DNA of 64,000 bases from Balanoglossus misakiensis (Eukaryota; Animalia; Hemichordata): assembly GCA_040954595.2 (NCBI GenBank), contig CM082577.2, positions 18,636,303 through 18,700,302 on the forward strand, in the 5' to 3' direction. The notes under the pieces were generated by a model, which saw only the letters and a program-made list of their open reading frames with translations, was not told the origin of the DNA and did no database searches. Every line of letters begins with the position of its first letter. Within the stretch, counting starts at the first letter, position 1. The position numbers and the translations under genes were made by a program. Below are positions 1 to 12,385 of the stretch, piece by piece.

Positions 1-996
1 AAATCTGTTAGGCCAATCATCTCCAACTTTGGTGTGCAGCTAGCCTAGCATATGTCAATAATTTTAAGCGAAAAAAAATAATATGAAAAATCGACCGATT
101 TTTTTATATTATTTTTTTTATTAAATTTATACCTTTACTTATACCTCTATGGTTAAGCTATGTCCATGTCTTATTGTGGAATTCTGGTCTGTGCAATAGT
201 CCTGTACAGTGACTGTCTATTGGTCAGTGAGCACAATGGCACCAAAATAAAAGGCACAATTTTAGGCTCACCTGTAACACCTGCTTAACTCATTAATTAT
301 GTGCATACCTAATTCTGGGCTAACTAAGAGGGCTAGAGGTTTCGTTCTTGTGGGACATGGACCAGTATAGGGTCAAAAATTTTTGCCCAAATTTTGGGTG
401 ACCTCAGGTGACCTTTGACCTACTTTCCTATATCTCGGCATCCAGAGTAGGTACAGACTTGGCGTTTGGAGGGTTGGGACTAAAATTGAAAAGCCAAAAT
501 GAAGGTCACCTGTGACACCTGCATATCTCATTAATTATGTGCATACCTAATTCCAGACTAACCAATAGGGCTATAGGTTTGGTTTTTGTTGAACATGGAC
601 CAGTATAGGGTGAAAATTTCTTGCCCAAATTTTGTATGACCTCAGGTGACCTTTGACCTACTTTACCATATCTTGGCATCCAGAGCAGGTACCAACTTGG
701 CGTTTGGAGGGTTGGGACTAAAATTGAAAAGGCAAAATTGGGGGTCACCTGTGACACCTGCCTACCTCATTAATTATGTGCATACCTAATTCCAGGCTAA
801 CCAATAGGGCTATAGGTTTGGTTTTTGTTGAACATGGACCAGTTAAGGGTAAAAATTTCTTGCCCAAATTTTGCATGAACTCAGGTGACCTTTGACCTAA
901 TTTACCATATCTTGGCATCCAGAGCAGATATGCTTATTGCTATGTTGCTATGTGTTATGTTGGCTTGGGCCCGCTATTGCTGCTTGCAGCTATATT
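1..996 (-). mobile_element. Non-autonomous Helentron derivative (family A), truncated by window edge
   Basis: Three ~240-bp internal repeats, then the terminal motif GCTTGGGCCCGCTATTGCTGCTTGCAGCTATATT (963-996), which is shared with the 5' end of the autonomous elements. Confidence 0.8.
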
Positions 997-3937
997 CTTC
1001 TACTTCTTCTTCTTCTGTCATTTTTTTTGTCAGCTAGATCTGGAAAACGGCTAAACCTACCCATTTCAAACTTGGCACAATGGTGCAGGCCAATGAGAGC
1101 TAGTGCAGTACCCTTGTGAATGTTTAATTAGTCACGTGACCTGATGACCATATATGGGCAAAATTTTCTAATCGGCCTTATTTGCATATGAATGGAGATA
1201 TCAAAATTCTTTTAGCAACTTTTGTGGACCATATGGCCAGGGTTTTACATGCCAAATATCAAGGCCATAGGCCATGTCAATTTTGAGAAGAAGATTTTTA
1301 AGTATTATTTTTCATATTTTTCGCCCAAGTCATGGGCCTATACTTTACATAGTACAGCTATGGCCACATATTATTTTGGATAAATATGCATACATATCTC
1401 AAAATCTGTTAGGCCGATCATCTCCAACTTTGGTGTGCAGCTAGCCTACCATTTGTCAATAATTTTAAGCGAAAAAAAATAATATGAAAAATCGACCGAT
1501 TTTTTTATATTAATTTTTTTATTAAATTTATACCTTTACTTATACCTCTAAGGTTAAGCTATGTCCATGTCTTATTGTGGAATTCTGGTCTGTGCAATAG
1601 TCCTGTACAGTGACTGTCTATTGGTCAGTGAGCACAATGGCACCAAAATCAAAGGCACAATTTAAGGCTCACCTGTAACACCTGCTTAACTCATTAATTA
1701 TGTGCATACCTAATTTTGGACTAACTAAGAGGGCTAGAGGTTTCGTTCTTGTGGGACATGGACCAGTATAGGGTCAAAATTTCTTGCCCAAATTTTGGGT
1801 GACCTCAGGTGACCTTTGACTTACTTTCCTATATCTCGGCATCCAGAGCAGGCACACACTTGGCGTTTGGAGGGTTGGGACTAAAATTGAAAAGCCACAT
1901 TTTGGGGTCACCTGTGACACCTGCTTAACTCATTAACTATGTGCATACCTAATTCCGCGCTAACCAATAGGGCTAGAGGTTTGTTTTTGTTGAACATGGA
2001 CCAGTATGGGGTCAAAAATTTGTGCCCAAATTTTGGGTGACCTCAGGTGACCCTTGACTTACTTAACCATATCTCGGCATCCAGAGCAGATATAACCTTG
2101 GCATTTGGAGGGATTAAACTCCTAATGGACCCTAACACTTTACCTCATTAATTGTGCGCATACCTAATTCTAGGCAAACCAATGGGGCTAGAGGTTTTGT
2201 TCTTGTGGGACATGGACCAGTATGGGGTCAAAATTTCGTGTCCAAATTTTGGGTGACCTTTGACCTACTTTACCTTATCTCGGTATCTAGAGCAGATACA
2301 GCCTTGGCATTTGGAGGCATGGAACTCCTCATAGAGCCTTACACTTTACCTCATTAATTATCTCCAAACATAATTCTAGGCGAACGTAGGCCTAGAGGTC
2401 TGGTTTTTGTTGGACCTGGATAAGTAAGGGGTCAAATTTTGGGTGACCTCACATGACCTTTGATATTAATGTGGAAATAAGCACACACCTGTAATGGCAT
2501 GCCCTTGACCTCCGACCTAATTAATTATGCACATATCTAATTCTGTGCTGACAAATACACCCTGGATGCTAATTTCGGATGAAGAGGTACCAATAGTGGA
2601 CCAAACAATTTTTCCTATTAAAATGTCACATGATTTTGCTGGGGATCTGTATTACCCGTACATTTGTCTGCTTAAGTTTGAAATGATTTCATGATATATT
2701 CAATTATGAGCAATCACATTTCAGACAAAGTTTACTATTCTTTATTAAATGCTCACAAATAATCATACATAAGAGGAAGTACAAGTTAAAAAAAAATTAC
2801 TACAGTAGTAAAGAACAACATACCACATAATGTAATACTAATATGTCAATTGCAAAAGCTAAGTTTGATATGCGTGGGGTTTTCATCATTAGGGTTCATT
2901 TTACATTGACCTGTTTTCTTATTTTCGTTTATACAATACACTTAGTATTCCATTCACAAAAATATTTGTTCATCACACAACTCAATTGCATAATGTTGTT
3001 AAAACTTTCACATACAAGTATATCATACATTATCTTTGAAAATATTGAGCACAATGTACTATGAACTTTTAATTCTTGTTAAGTACATAGTGCTCATGAT
3101 TACTTTGAAGTGGTAATATCAATCAAGAGTAATACCAACCAGAAAAAGACTCAGATTCACAACATTCCAATATGCTATTCTTCAAAATGAAGAATGTATG
3201 TATCAAATTGCAGTAACTGTGTATACTTATTGTGCAAATTGCACAAATTCACGAAATCTCAAAATAAATATTAACGTGGCAATAATAGAAACATAATTAT
3301 GTCTGTTACACTAAATGATACAAGGACATGTTCAATTGACACAATGTGATTTCTTGCAGCAAAAAATTAATAGAGCTGGCTACAACACATACGGAGCCCA
3401 GGAAAACATAGACAATTGCACCTTATAGTCGAGATGTCTGTTGGACCAATAAATATAGGGTGTACTGTGTAAAATCTTTCTCCATCGATTCAAGAAATTC
3501 AGTTGCATAATTGAAGAACAACAATACCAATTTTTAAAACATGCTGCATTTACTGTGGCTGCATAAAAGTAATTACATAAATGCATTAAATATGGAAGTT
3601 AATTGATAATTAACATAACACTGGTCAACAATACAAGTATGGGACTAAAAGGGACTATATTGTCTTACAATATTAGACCTATAACTGCATAAACATTACA
3701 TCAAATTTACTTATCAGTAATTACCGGGTTTCACTGATAATTCGCCCATCCAAAAAATTGCTCTCGGGTGACTTTTGGGCTGGTGGGCAACTATTTGGGA
3801 TTCTTAAATTGAATTTCTGGCCGTGACATGGAAAATAGACCATCAACGATTCACCAAAGACATCCAGCGACAAATGATTACTGTACCTAAACATTCTGCC
3901 ACAGCAGGGTCCCCCTTTTTTACTATCACAAGGGAAA

Positions 3938-4447
3938 TCAAGCAAAAATATTAAAGAAAAATACAATAAATTTTGAATAACACCAGATTGAAAACAAGAC
4001 GATCTTGGAGACACAAGTCAACGGTGCGCTGCTCTTCGCTTGAATTTCGCGAAGCATCGGTAACACAGACTCCATTCGCTTTCCCTGGGTTAACTGGCCA
4101 AGGTGATGAATCATGTCCATCTTCTGCTTGGAGGTCAGTACAGGGGGCTCTGCATCGCACAACTTACCAGTGACCTCAACAGCACTGTTCATCTCAACGT
4201 AACATGTGAATTCCATTGTCGTCATATCTGCCATGGGGACAACAGTAAGCGCGTCCAATTCAACGGTGACCACAGAGTCCGAATCTGAGAAGATGGCTTT
4301 CTTAAAGCAACCAACAAGTGTTTGCGGCGTGACTCTGTCCCACAGCTCCTTGCCATGTACACGGCATCCAAGATGGTGAACATCTTCACAACATTGACAG
4401 CTCATATCAGCATCGGCGTCTCGGGCAGCGATGATGCGCATGTTCAT
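3938..4447 (-). CDS. Hypothetical Cys/His-containing protein in the 3' region of Helentron copy 1 (possible cargo gene or exon)
   Basis: ~170-codon ORF (ATG at 4447) in a GC-richer island within AT-rich DNA. No recognised domain and no counterpart seen in copy 2. Confidence 0.3.
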   Translation of the reverse strand: MNMRIIAARDADADMSCQCCEDVHHLGCRVHGKELWDRVTPQTLVGCFKKAIFSDSDSVVTVELDALTVVPMADMTTMEFTCYVEMNSAVEVTGKLCDAEPPVLTSKQKMDMIHHLGQLTQGKRMESVLPMLREIQAKSSAPLTCVSKIVLFSIWCYSKFIVFFFNIFA

Positions 4448-5655
4448 GTTCGGTGGCAACTAGATGTTTGTTAAAGCAATCTTCGGTGGGTAGGCAGAAC
4501 AGCTGTCGAAGAGCAATCAGATGACATGCTTGCGCCCAAGTAGGTGTTTTAAAATGTAGCCAAATTATCGCCCGGGCGACTAATTGGTTCCAGGTGTGCA
4601 CCTGTCAATTTCCTCAGTTTCCAATTAATTGCCCTGGGCGCACTATCAGTAAAACCCGGTAATAACTGTATGACTAATCACAAGATAGCATTATATATGC
4701 AATTTCCAATAGCTATTGGAAGAGAAATATTCCCTCATTAAATATCACTTAAAAGCACATTTCACATTTTTACAGCAAACAAGAGCAGTAATTCACACAA
4801 ACTCTCACATATGCCAATTCAAGAAAAACAATATATTGTCTCAAATATATACATTATGTTTCAACAGATATTGCCCCCCCCCCAAATTACAAAAACCACC
4901 TATATATACACTTAAGCACATATTAATATCTCATAAATACATTTCAATTCATTGAACAGATAATCAGTAAACCTCAGGCATACCAATGGCAATCATTGAT
5001 AAGTGTGTGTAAGCAACACAAAGAAATTGACAGGACTCTCTTAAAGGGGAAAGTTACTGATGCATATGATGTGATTGCAATCATTACACAACAATCGCCA
5101 TAAAAATATACACAATGAAGACAATGACAGTTATATACTAATTGTAATTAGTGTCACTTTAAAGGGACAAAGTCACTGTTTGACCTATTATGCAAACAAA
5201 TACATAGAATTGCAGAATAAACATACTCGGTATTTTCTAGTCTCTATGGAAATCACACAACAAAAACTACTTCTCCTCTCAAACAAAATACCCCCCAAAA
5301 ATCATAAACAATGACTTTGTCCCCTTATCCTACAGGACCTGCAACCCCCCCCCCCCCCCCAAATTAAGACTCTGATTAATATCACCTGTACAGGCTCTTT
5401 GTCTTTATGCTTGTCAGGTCTTCCTAATTCTTGTCTACTCCTTACATGTGAACAGGAGTAAACAACGACACAGACCTGACCATGGTAAAGACAGAGCATA
5501 TCTTTACAGCTGCCATTAATCAGAGATTGAATTAAAACACAAAAATGTGGCCCCGTCACCATTAGATTGCCACAGAATTGTTATAATCAGGACGGGTTTA
5601 TTCTTTGAAATTAGTTTGCTGTATATCACGTTTGTCTCAATGTTAGTGTCAGTAT

Positions 5656-8600
5656 TCAAATCTGAATGCGTATGGCTTCATGAAAACTGAAGTATTTGGG
5701 TACAATCTCTACTGTGACATTTTCTATGCCTTTCACATACACATGGTCAATCAATGTACCAGCTTCTGTGGTTGCTGTATTAACACACTGCTTGAAACCA
5801 CAGCATTGCATTAAATCCACAAGAGATGACGATGTGAATATGTTCTCATTGAAATCACCCATAATCACTATCCCACCATGGCGTTTACCCATTTCATTCA
5901 CTAAGAGAAGCAAGCTCTTCTTGAATGTCTCCATTTTGTATGATGGTGGTCTGTAAACTACTGCTACTGTCACATTGATGTCTTCAACATAAAATGCCAT
6001 ATATTCTAGGTTAACAACAGGTAGATGCAAAATTTCAACAGTTTTGGGAATAGTACAGTACACTCCAACACCACCCCTATGTTGCGATTGCAAAGTTGCA
6101 GTATTGTTATTAAATTGATTATAGGATGAACTTCGAGGTTTGTGACTAAATACAAAACCACTGACTTCTATATCAGATTCTATTGTTGTCTCTGATAGCC
6201 ATGTTTCTGTCAAACAAATGAAGTCTGACTCCAAATATTCAGCACCACTGTGAATATCTTCAATGTGGTTTTGAACACCCTCAATATTATGCAGTATGAA
6301 AGTGCAAGCATGACTTGTCTGCAACTTTGTTTCACATGTATCAAGAAACTGTGGCATTTCTGCCAAAGCAGCCTGTATCTTTGGATTGCAATAAATAGAA
6401 GATGTTTCAAATTCATCAATGACAAGACCTTCCAATGATGTCACTCGACTCAACGCAACATATGCCTGTCCTGGTGCAAACATCTTCTTTAAACTAACAA
6501 CAGCTTTATCAACTGTCAATCCCTGTACCTTGTGCACTGTACACGCCCATGCTAGTTTCAGAGGAAATTGTCTCCTAATACCACCATTAATTGCAACAGA
6601 CAATTCCTGAGGTTCAATACGTGTGCTCCTTTCTGGTAACTGAACTACATTAGGTGTTTTCCTGCGCAACTTTTGCCCAACACTTACATTATCAAACACC
6701 ACATAAACAGCCATTGGGAAAGTCCCAGATTCCTTCACTTCAATATGGCATACTGTTCCAAATACACCATTCACCAGCCCATCAGAAACATCTATATTTT
6801 GTGTCAATTGAACTCGTGCACCAATGGCTACAGTTACACTTTTAGGCAACATTGTTCTGTAGACTTTTGCGTGATGACCTTCCTTTCTTTCTAATTTCCC
6901 AGTTGTAGCATTTTTGATGAAATCTTCTGCTTCAATACACACAGGATCAGAACACAATGAATGAAGCATTGTAACATTGCATTTATTTACTTCCGCATTT
7001 GTACCAAAAATGTGAATTGCCTCAGAGGATTCACCAGTGACACATTTCTCAAACATTTCCAAAACATTTCCTTCCAGTGTGTCTCCCTTCTTGTGAAGTC
7101 TTAGGCGATTCAGTGCTTCTGCAAATCCACTATCCTTCTGTCTCATTATTTCAGTGAGCTCAACAATCTTGAAATTATCACTCCACAAGCTAATTACATC
7201 ATTGTCTATGCATAGTGGACTTCCTTTCACAGGTGGAAGTTGGTAAAAATCACCAACAGCAATGACACTTACATTTCCAAATGGTGATTGACTTGAGCGT
7301 TGTTTGAGTTGTCTTAATCTTCCATGAACGTAGTGCATTAACTTCTTATCAACCATAGAAATTTCATCTATTATTACAATTTCCACATTTCCAAGTTTCG
7401 CACGGAGACTGTTTATCTTTTCCTCATGCAGTGGCTGATACGGCAGCTTTGAGTCTACTGCTATTGAAAATGCATGATGCAGTGTTTCTCCTTGTATATT
7501 AAATGCGGCTACACCTGTTGGAGCTGTGAGCATTACAGAGATTTCATCTGGGTTTGGCAATACACGAGCTAGAATTCGTTTGGCTTCATGATACAACGTC
7601 TTGATCAAATGGCTTTTCCCAGTGCCAGCACCACCACTTACAAATAAATAAAAAGGCTCTGGATTCTTTCCATTGCTTTTATCCAAACACCACTGTCTCA
7701 CACTATAGAAGATTTCTGCCTGTTTTTTGTTCAATGATCTACACATTGCTGCAATCTCTGCTCTTGATGTCGAAGTAGCAATCTCTACACTGCAATTACC
7801 TTGCGCTTTTACCACCAACTCTGGAATATCATCTGTTTCATCTCCATCATCATCGTCATTGCATTTTTTGCCTTCCTCAATACATTCCAATCTGTCTAAT
7901 TCATTTTCTGGGCAGATTTGTGCCCATGCATCTTCCAGTGGTTCATTATTCCCACCAAGGAATTCTTCAGCCATATCAACAGCATCAGCCTCTTTTTCAA
8001 ACAATGATTTGTTTCTTTCCACTATGACATTCACTTTTTCTACAGAATCAGATCCACATTTCACAGCACCAACACGATAGAAATCCTCATAGGATTCATA
8101 ACCACTAGGTTTCAGTTGTGCATCAACCCGGTGTGGTAGAAAGAGTTCCAAGATACTGCGATAATACTTCTCTGGATATTTTGTCACTGAGAATCTCGCA
8201 TATCTAATAACAGCTGGTTCAGTTCGAGATCTCTTTTGCATGTAACCAATATCACTTTGTAACTGGACTAGTGGACTGCGTCGTTTCTCATCACTGACAT
8301 TAACAACTTCTGATTTCGAAACTATTCTGTATTCTGAGCAAAATGTAGCAAGACACATGTTATCAAAATCTATCCCATTTGGTCTGTTCTTGTATCTGTC
8401 AACGATACTATGCATCCAGATGGTTTCTTCATCGACCTCATTTCCCTTCATTTTGTTCCTTATTGCAGCAAATGGCAAACTCATTTTAATAGGATTTTCT
8501 CCAGTTGGAATAAACTGGACTTTTCGAGATGATTGCTTCAGTTTCAATCCACACACTCTATATACAGCCTCCTGGGCACTTACTTCTCTGTTATGCAGAT

Positions 8601-9639
8601 AAACACTTCCCAACTGTCTCAATGCAGATTTAGCATCCATATTTCCTTCTTTGTTAGCTTCTTTCTGAGCATGTTCAAGAAGTAAACCCATTTCTCTCTC
8701 TGCCTTAGAGATGTATGATACAATATACACAACACATGCATAAGCATCAACAACAAACTGGATATCCATATTTGCATTCCAGCAACGCAGAAGACAAGGA
8801 TTGTATTGGTTTACCCACACATCATTAGGCTGACGTTTCATAACTATACTTGTCTTTTTTGAAACAATTGAATGTGCTCTCTCATAGGCTTCCTGGGATA
8901 CACCAACTTCCTCGAATAAGTCATCTATGGTATCATACTCTTTCTCCTTGTCATTCATTGCCACCCAAACTTTCTCAAGAAGTTCTGTAGCCATCTTTTG
9001 CTCCACTGGTGAAACAATCAACTGTGAAACGGCAATTTCAAATGCTTCGCGACTCTCTGCGTTTTCTAGATCTTCTGGTACTTTATTCACTACACTGTCA
9101 ACAGGGCGGCATACAAATGTTTGTTGTGATGGTGGCCGTGGAAAATTAAATCTACATTTAGTATTTTTCTTCTTGCAAGATTTTGAATGACGTGTGCTGT
9201 GTTTCTGAACTGACTTCACAATGTCATGTAATTCTTCATCATTATCAGATGATGGCATTTCACACATAACATAACTGTCAACAAAATCAACCACTTCATC
9301 ATCAGAATCCTTGTCTACTCTGGGTGCATCTTCAACCCAAAATAAGCAGTGTGTGTGGGGTGACCCACGTTGTTGGAATTCTACTCGATAAAAGTAATCT
9401 TTGATTTTCCCAATAGGATTGGCTGGTGACATAATGACATCTTTCAGGAAACATTGAAATCTATGATCGAACATTCTTGCAGCTGTTACTGGGTTTCTCT
9501 TCAAAATACCACATTTCTCAGACCAATCAAGGTCCTCTGCATTACGTGTATCACCTTCACCACGAAGTAATGTCTCGATCAGTTCTTTCCATCGCAAATC
9601 AGCAGATGAAAATGAACAGAACCATGTTGGTATACCTAG
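5656..9639 (-). pseudogene. 3' part of interrupted Helentron RepHel-EN gene (Rep motifs I-III, PIF1 helicase, AP endonuclease)
   Basis: Motifs GIPTWFCSFSSAD, VEFQQRGSPHTH, YIVSYISK, GGAGTGKS, IIDEISMV, GDFYQLPPV, HKVQGLT, YVALSRV, LTETWL, YRPP, GDFN, IDHVYV. The ORF-track start MENVFYTV is TIR sequence. Confidence 0.92.
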
Positions 9640-10171
9640 AACAGTATAGAAAACATTTTCCAATTTCCGAAAAACCTCTTTTTTACATAATTACTGCTGA
9701 AAAAGTTAGAAATTTATGAAAATATTCCTTATTCTTTGCCAATTTCTAATGAAAAAATTACATAAAGGTATTCTTAGTCTCTTTCCTGCAGCTGTACAGC
9801 AGGAAAAATGCATTTTGTCATATTTTGGCTTTAAACTCAAATTAAAATTTATCTGTGAAAAAACTGAGTCTCCTTCAAAGCCACGTACATGACAGTCCTT
9901 TTGATTTTTTTCTAATGAAATTTTGTCTCCATGTTTATCATGAGTAATATTTCTATTGAAAATTTGCAAGTGTGTGAATTGCTTGTAAAATTTCGCCAGA
10001 AAAAACAATAGCATCAAAAAGTAAATCTGAAACCCAATATTTATTACAAGAATTGTTAGATTAATATCCGTATCACACAAATCCGTTGGATTTCGTATGA
10101 ATTTTAGGAAATAAGCACTGCTAATTGACAAATCCATATTTTGCAGCTGAAATACTTGGAAAAGAGTCAGT

Positions 10172-10903
10172 GGCATGTGAGAGCTTGGAAATTTCCAAGC
10201 ACTGACAAGGGTCAGTGGTCGGAAATTTCCAGACACTCAGGGAATGTGAGAGCCTGGAAATTTCCAAGCACTGACAAGGGTCAGTGGTCGGAAATTTCCA
10301 GACACTCAGGGAATGTGAGAGCTTAGAAATTTCCAAGCACTGACAAGGGTCAGTGGTTGGAAATTTCCAGACACTCAGGGAATGTGAGAGCTTAGAAATT
10401 TCCAAGCACTGACAAGGGTCAGTGGTCGGAAATTTCCAGACACTCAGGGAATGTGAGAGCCTGGAAATTTCCAAGCACTGACAAGGGTCAGTGGTCGGAA
10501 ATTTCCAGACACTCAGGGAATGTGAGAGCTTAGAAATTTCCAAGCACTGACAAGGGTCAGTGGTCGGAAATTTCCAGACACTCAGGGAATGTGAGAGCCT
10601 GGAAATTTCCAAGCACTGACAAGGGTCAGTGGTCGGAAATTTCCAGACACTCAGGGAATGTGAGAGCTTAGAAATTTCCAAGCACTGACAAGGGTCAGTG
10701 GTCGGAAATTTCCGGACACTCAGGGAATGTGAGAGCCTGGAAATTTCCAAGCACTGACAAGGGTCAGTGGTCGGAAATTTCCAGACACTCAGGGAATGTG
10801 AGAGCTTAGAAATTTCCAAGCACTGACAAGGGTCAGTGGTCGGAAATTTCCAGACACTCAGGGAATGTGAGAGCCTTGAAATTTCCAAGCACTGACAGGG
10901 TCG
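10172..10903. repeat. Tandem array of 69-bp units (~10.5 copies), left arm
   Basis: Unit GGAATGTGAGAGCCTGGAAATTTCCAAGCACTGACAAGGGTCAGTGGTCGGAAATTTCCAGACACTCAG with period 69 (10241 to 10310). Confidence 0.95.
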
Positions 10904-10969
10904 TGGTAGTCCCCCGTACAGGTCTGCGTTCTCCCGGCGTTTAATACATGGCTTCCACCACATCTCTGC

Positions 10970-11363
10970 AAGGCTCCATGGACAAAACTGATTCGTCTGA
11001 GATCCGGATCCGGACAGCAGCTTTTCGGCCGAGATTCGATTTTATCGGGGGGAATCTTTCCCCCGTCTACCCACAAATGACTCCAAATATGATGTAATTA
11101 ACTTCCGAGCCGCTCGCTTTCTGATTTTCTCTTGTGTTTACCTGTTGAGATCGCCATATTGAATACAGTGAGGTTATCTCAATGGGTAAACACAAAAGTT
11201 TCAGAAAGCGAGCGGTTCGGATGTTAGAAGAAGTCAATCGTGGAGTCGGTTATAACCGGTTAGTAGACAGGGAAAGGATATTCTCCCGATAAAATCGAAT
11301 TTCGGCGAAAAGCTCTGGTACGGATCTGGACCGCAGACGCAACAGGTTTGTCTAAGGAGCCTT
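10970..11363. repeat. ~390-bp imperfect palindrome in the centre of the TIR element
   Basis: AAGGCTCC..GACAAA..TTTTCG..ATTCGATTTTATCGGG..CCGCTCGCTTTCTGA..TGTGTTTACC is mirrored by GGTAAACACA..TCAGAAAGCGAGCGG..CCCGATAAAATCGAAT..CGAAAAG..TTTGTC..GGAGCCTT. Centre ~11160. Confidence 0.85.
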
Positions 11364-11429
11364 AGCGTCACAATGTTCATGACAGGCTTCGCCTACCAAC
11401 TCCTCTGAGTTAGCCCATACACTAGTTGT

Positions 11430-11800
11430 TTATTGGGAATTGGTATTGTTTATCTGACATAATTGTTCTTTCTACTCTGTATACAAAGTCACAACTTCAC
11501 AACTACCAAATGCTATTGTTCTTGAATTATGCAGTGTTACCAAATGTCACAGTTCAAACCACTGTTTATAAAGAAGTATTGGCCATCCCGCCCCTCTCTC
11601 TTCATTCCAAACCTATTCCCAAGTGTACGCGGTACATTTGTTGGTGCCGAGACCAGGATGTCGGGCATGGAGAGAGAGAGAAGAACAGCAGAAGAGGCCA
11701 CCGCAGTCAAATGACCAATCTCATCCGTAGGGTTGAAGATATAAACACAGGCGCAGTTCCTCAACAGATCGCTTTCCTAAAGGCCATAATTTGAAACATG
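11430..11800 (+). mobile_element. Fragment of an LTR retrotransposon (BEL/Pao-like): LTR end, tRNA-His-type PBS and degenerate gag start
   Basis: ...GGTACA (LTR-like CA end at 11636), then TTTGT, then TGGTGCCGAGACCAGGAT (11642-11659), followed at once by ATG and a frameshifted RRGHRSQMTNLIRRVEDI. Left boundary is approximate. Confidence 0.55.
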
Positions 11801-11814
11801 ATAGAGAAACTCAA

Positions 11815-12385
11815 GATTTCCAAGCACTGACCCTGTCAATGCTTGGAAATTTCCAGGCTCTCACATTCCCCGAGTGTCTGGAAATTTCCGACCACTGACC
11901 CTGTCAGTGCTTGGAAATTTCTAGGCTCTCACATTCCCTGAGTGTCTGGAAATTTCCGACCACTGACCCTTGTCAGTGCTTGGAAATTTCTAAGCTCTCA
12001 CATTCCCTGAGTGTCTGGAAATTTCCGACCACTGACCCTTGTCAGTGCTTGGAAATTTCCAGGCTCTCACATTCCCTGAGTGTCTGGAAATTTCCGACCA
12101 CTGACCCTTGTCAGTGCTTGGAAATTTCCAGGCTCTCACATTCCCTGAGTGTCCGGAAATTTCCGACCACTGACCCTTGTCAGTGCTTGGAAATTTCCAG
12201 GCTCTCACATTCCCTGAGTGTCTGGAAATTTCCGACCACTGACCCTTGTCAGTGCTTGGAAATTTCCAGGCTCTCACATTCCCTGAGTGTCCGGAAATTT
12301 CCGACCACTGACCCTTGTCAGTGCTTGGAAATTGCCAGGCTCTCACATTCCCTGAGTGTCTGGAAATTTCCAGACACTGACCCTT
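11815..12385. repeat. Tandem array of the same 69-bp unit in inverted orientation (~8 copies), right arm
   Basis: Reverse complement of the 10172-10903 unit. It gives the 23-aa pseudo-repeat EISRLSHSLSVWKFPTTDPCQCL on the + strand. Confidence 0.95.

Noticed and set aside
9640-9663. 5656-9663 and 12639-16097 as two separate genes
   Set aside because: They are halves of one gene. The apparent start (MENVFYTV) and end (EQYRKHFPISEK) are read from the inserted TIRs.
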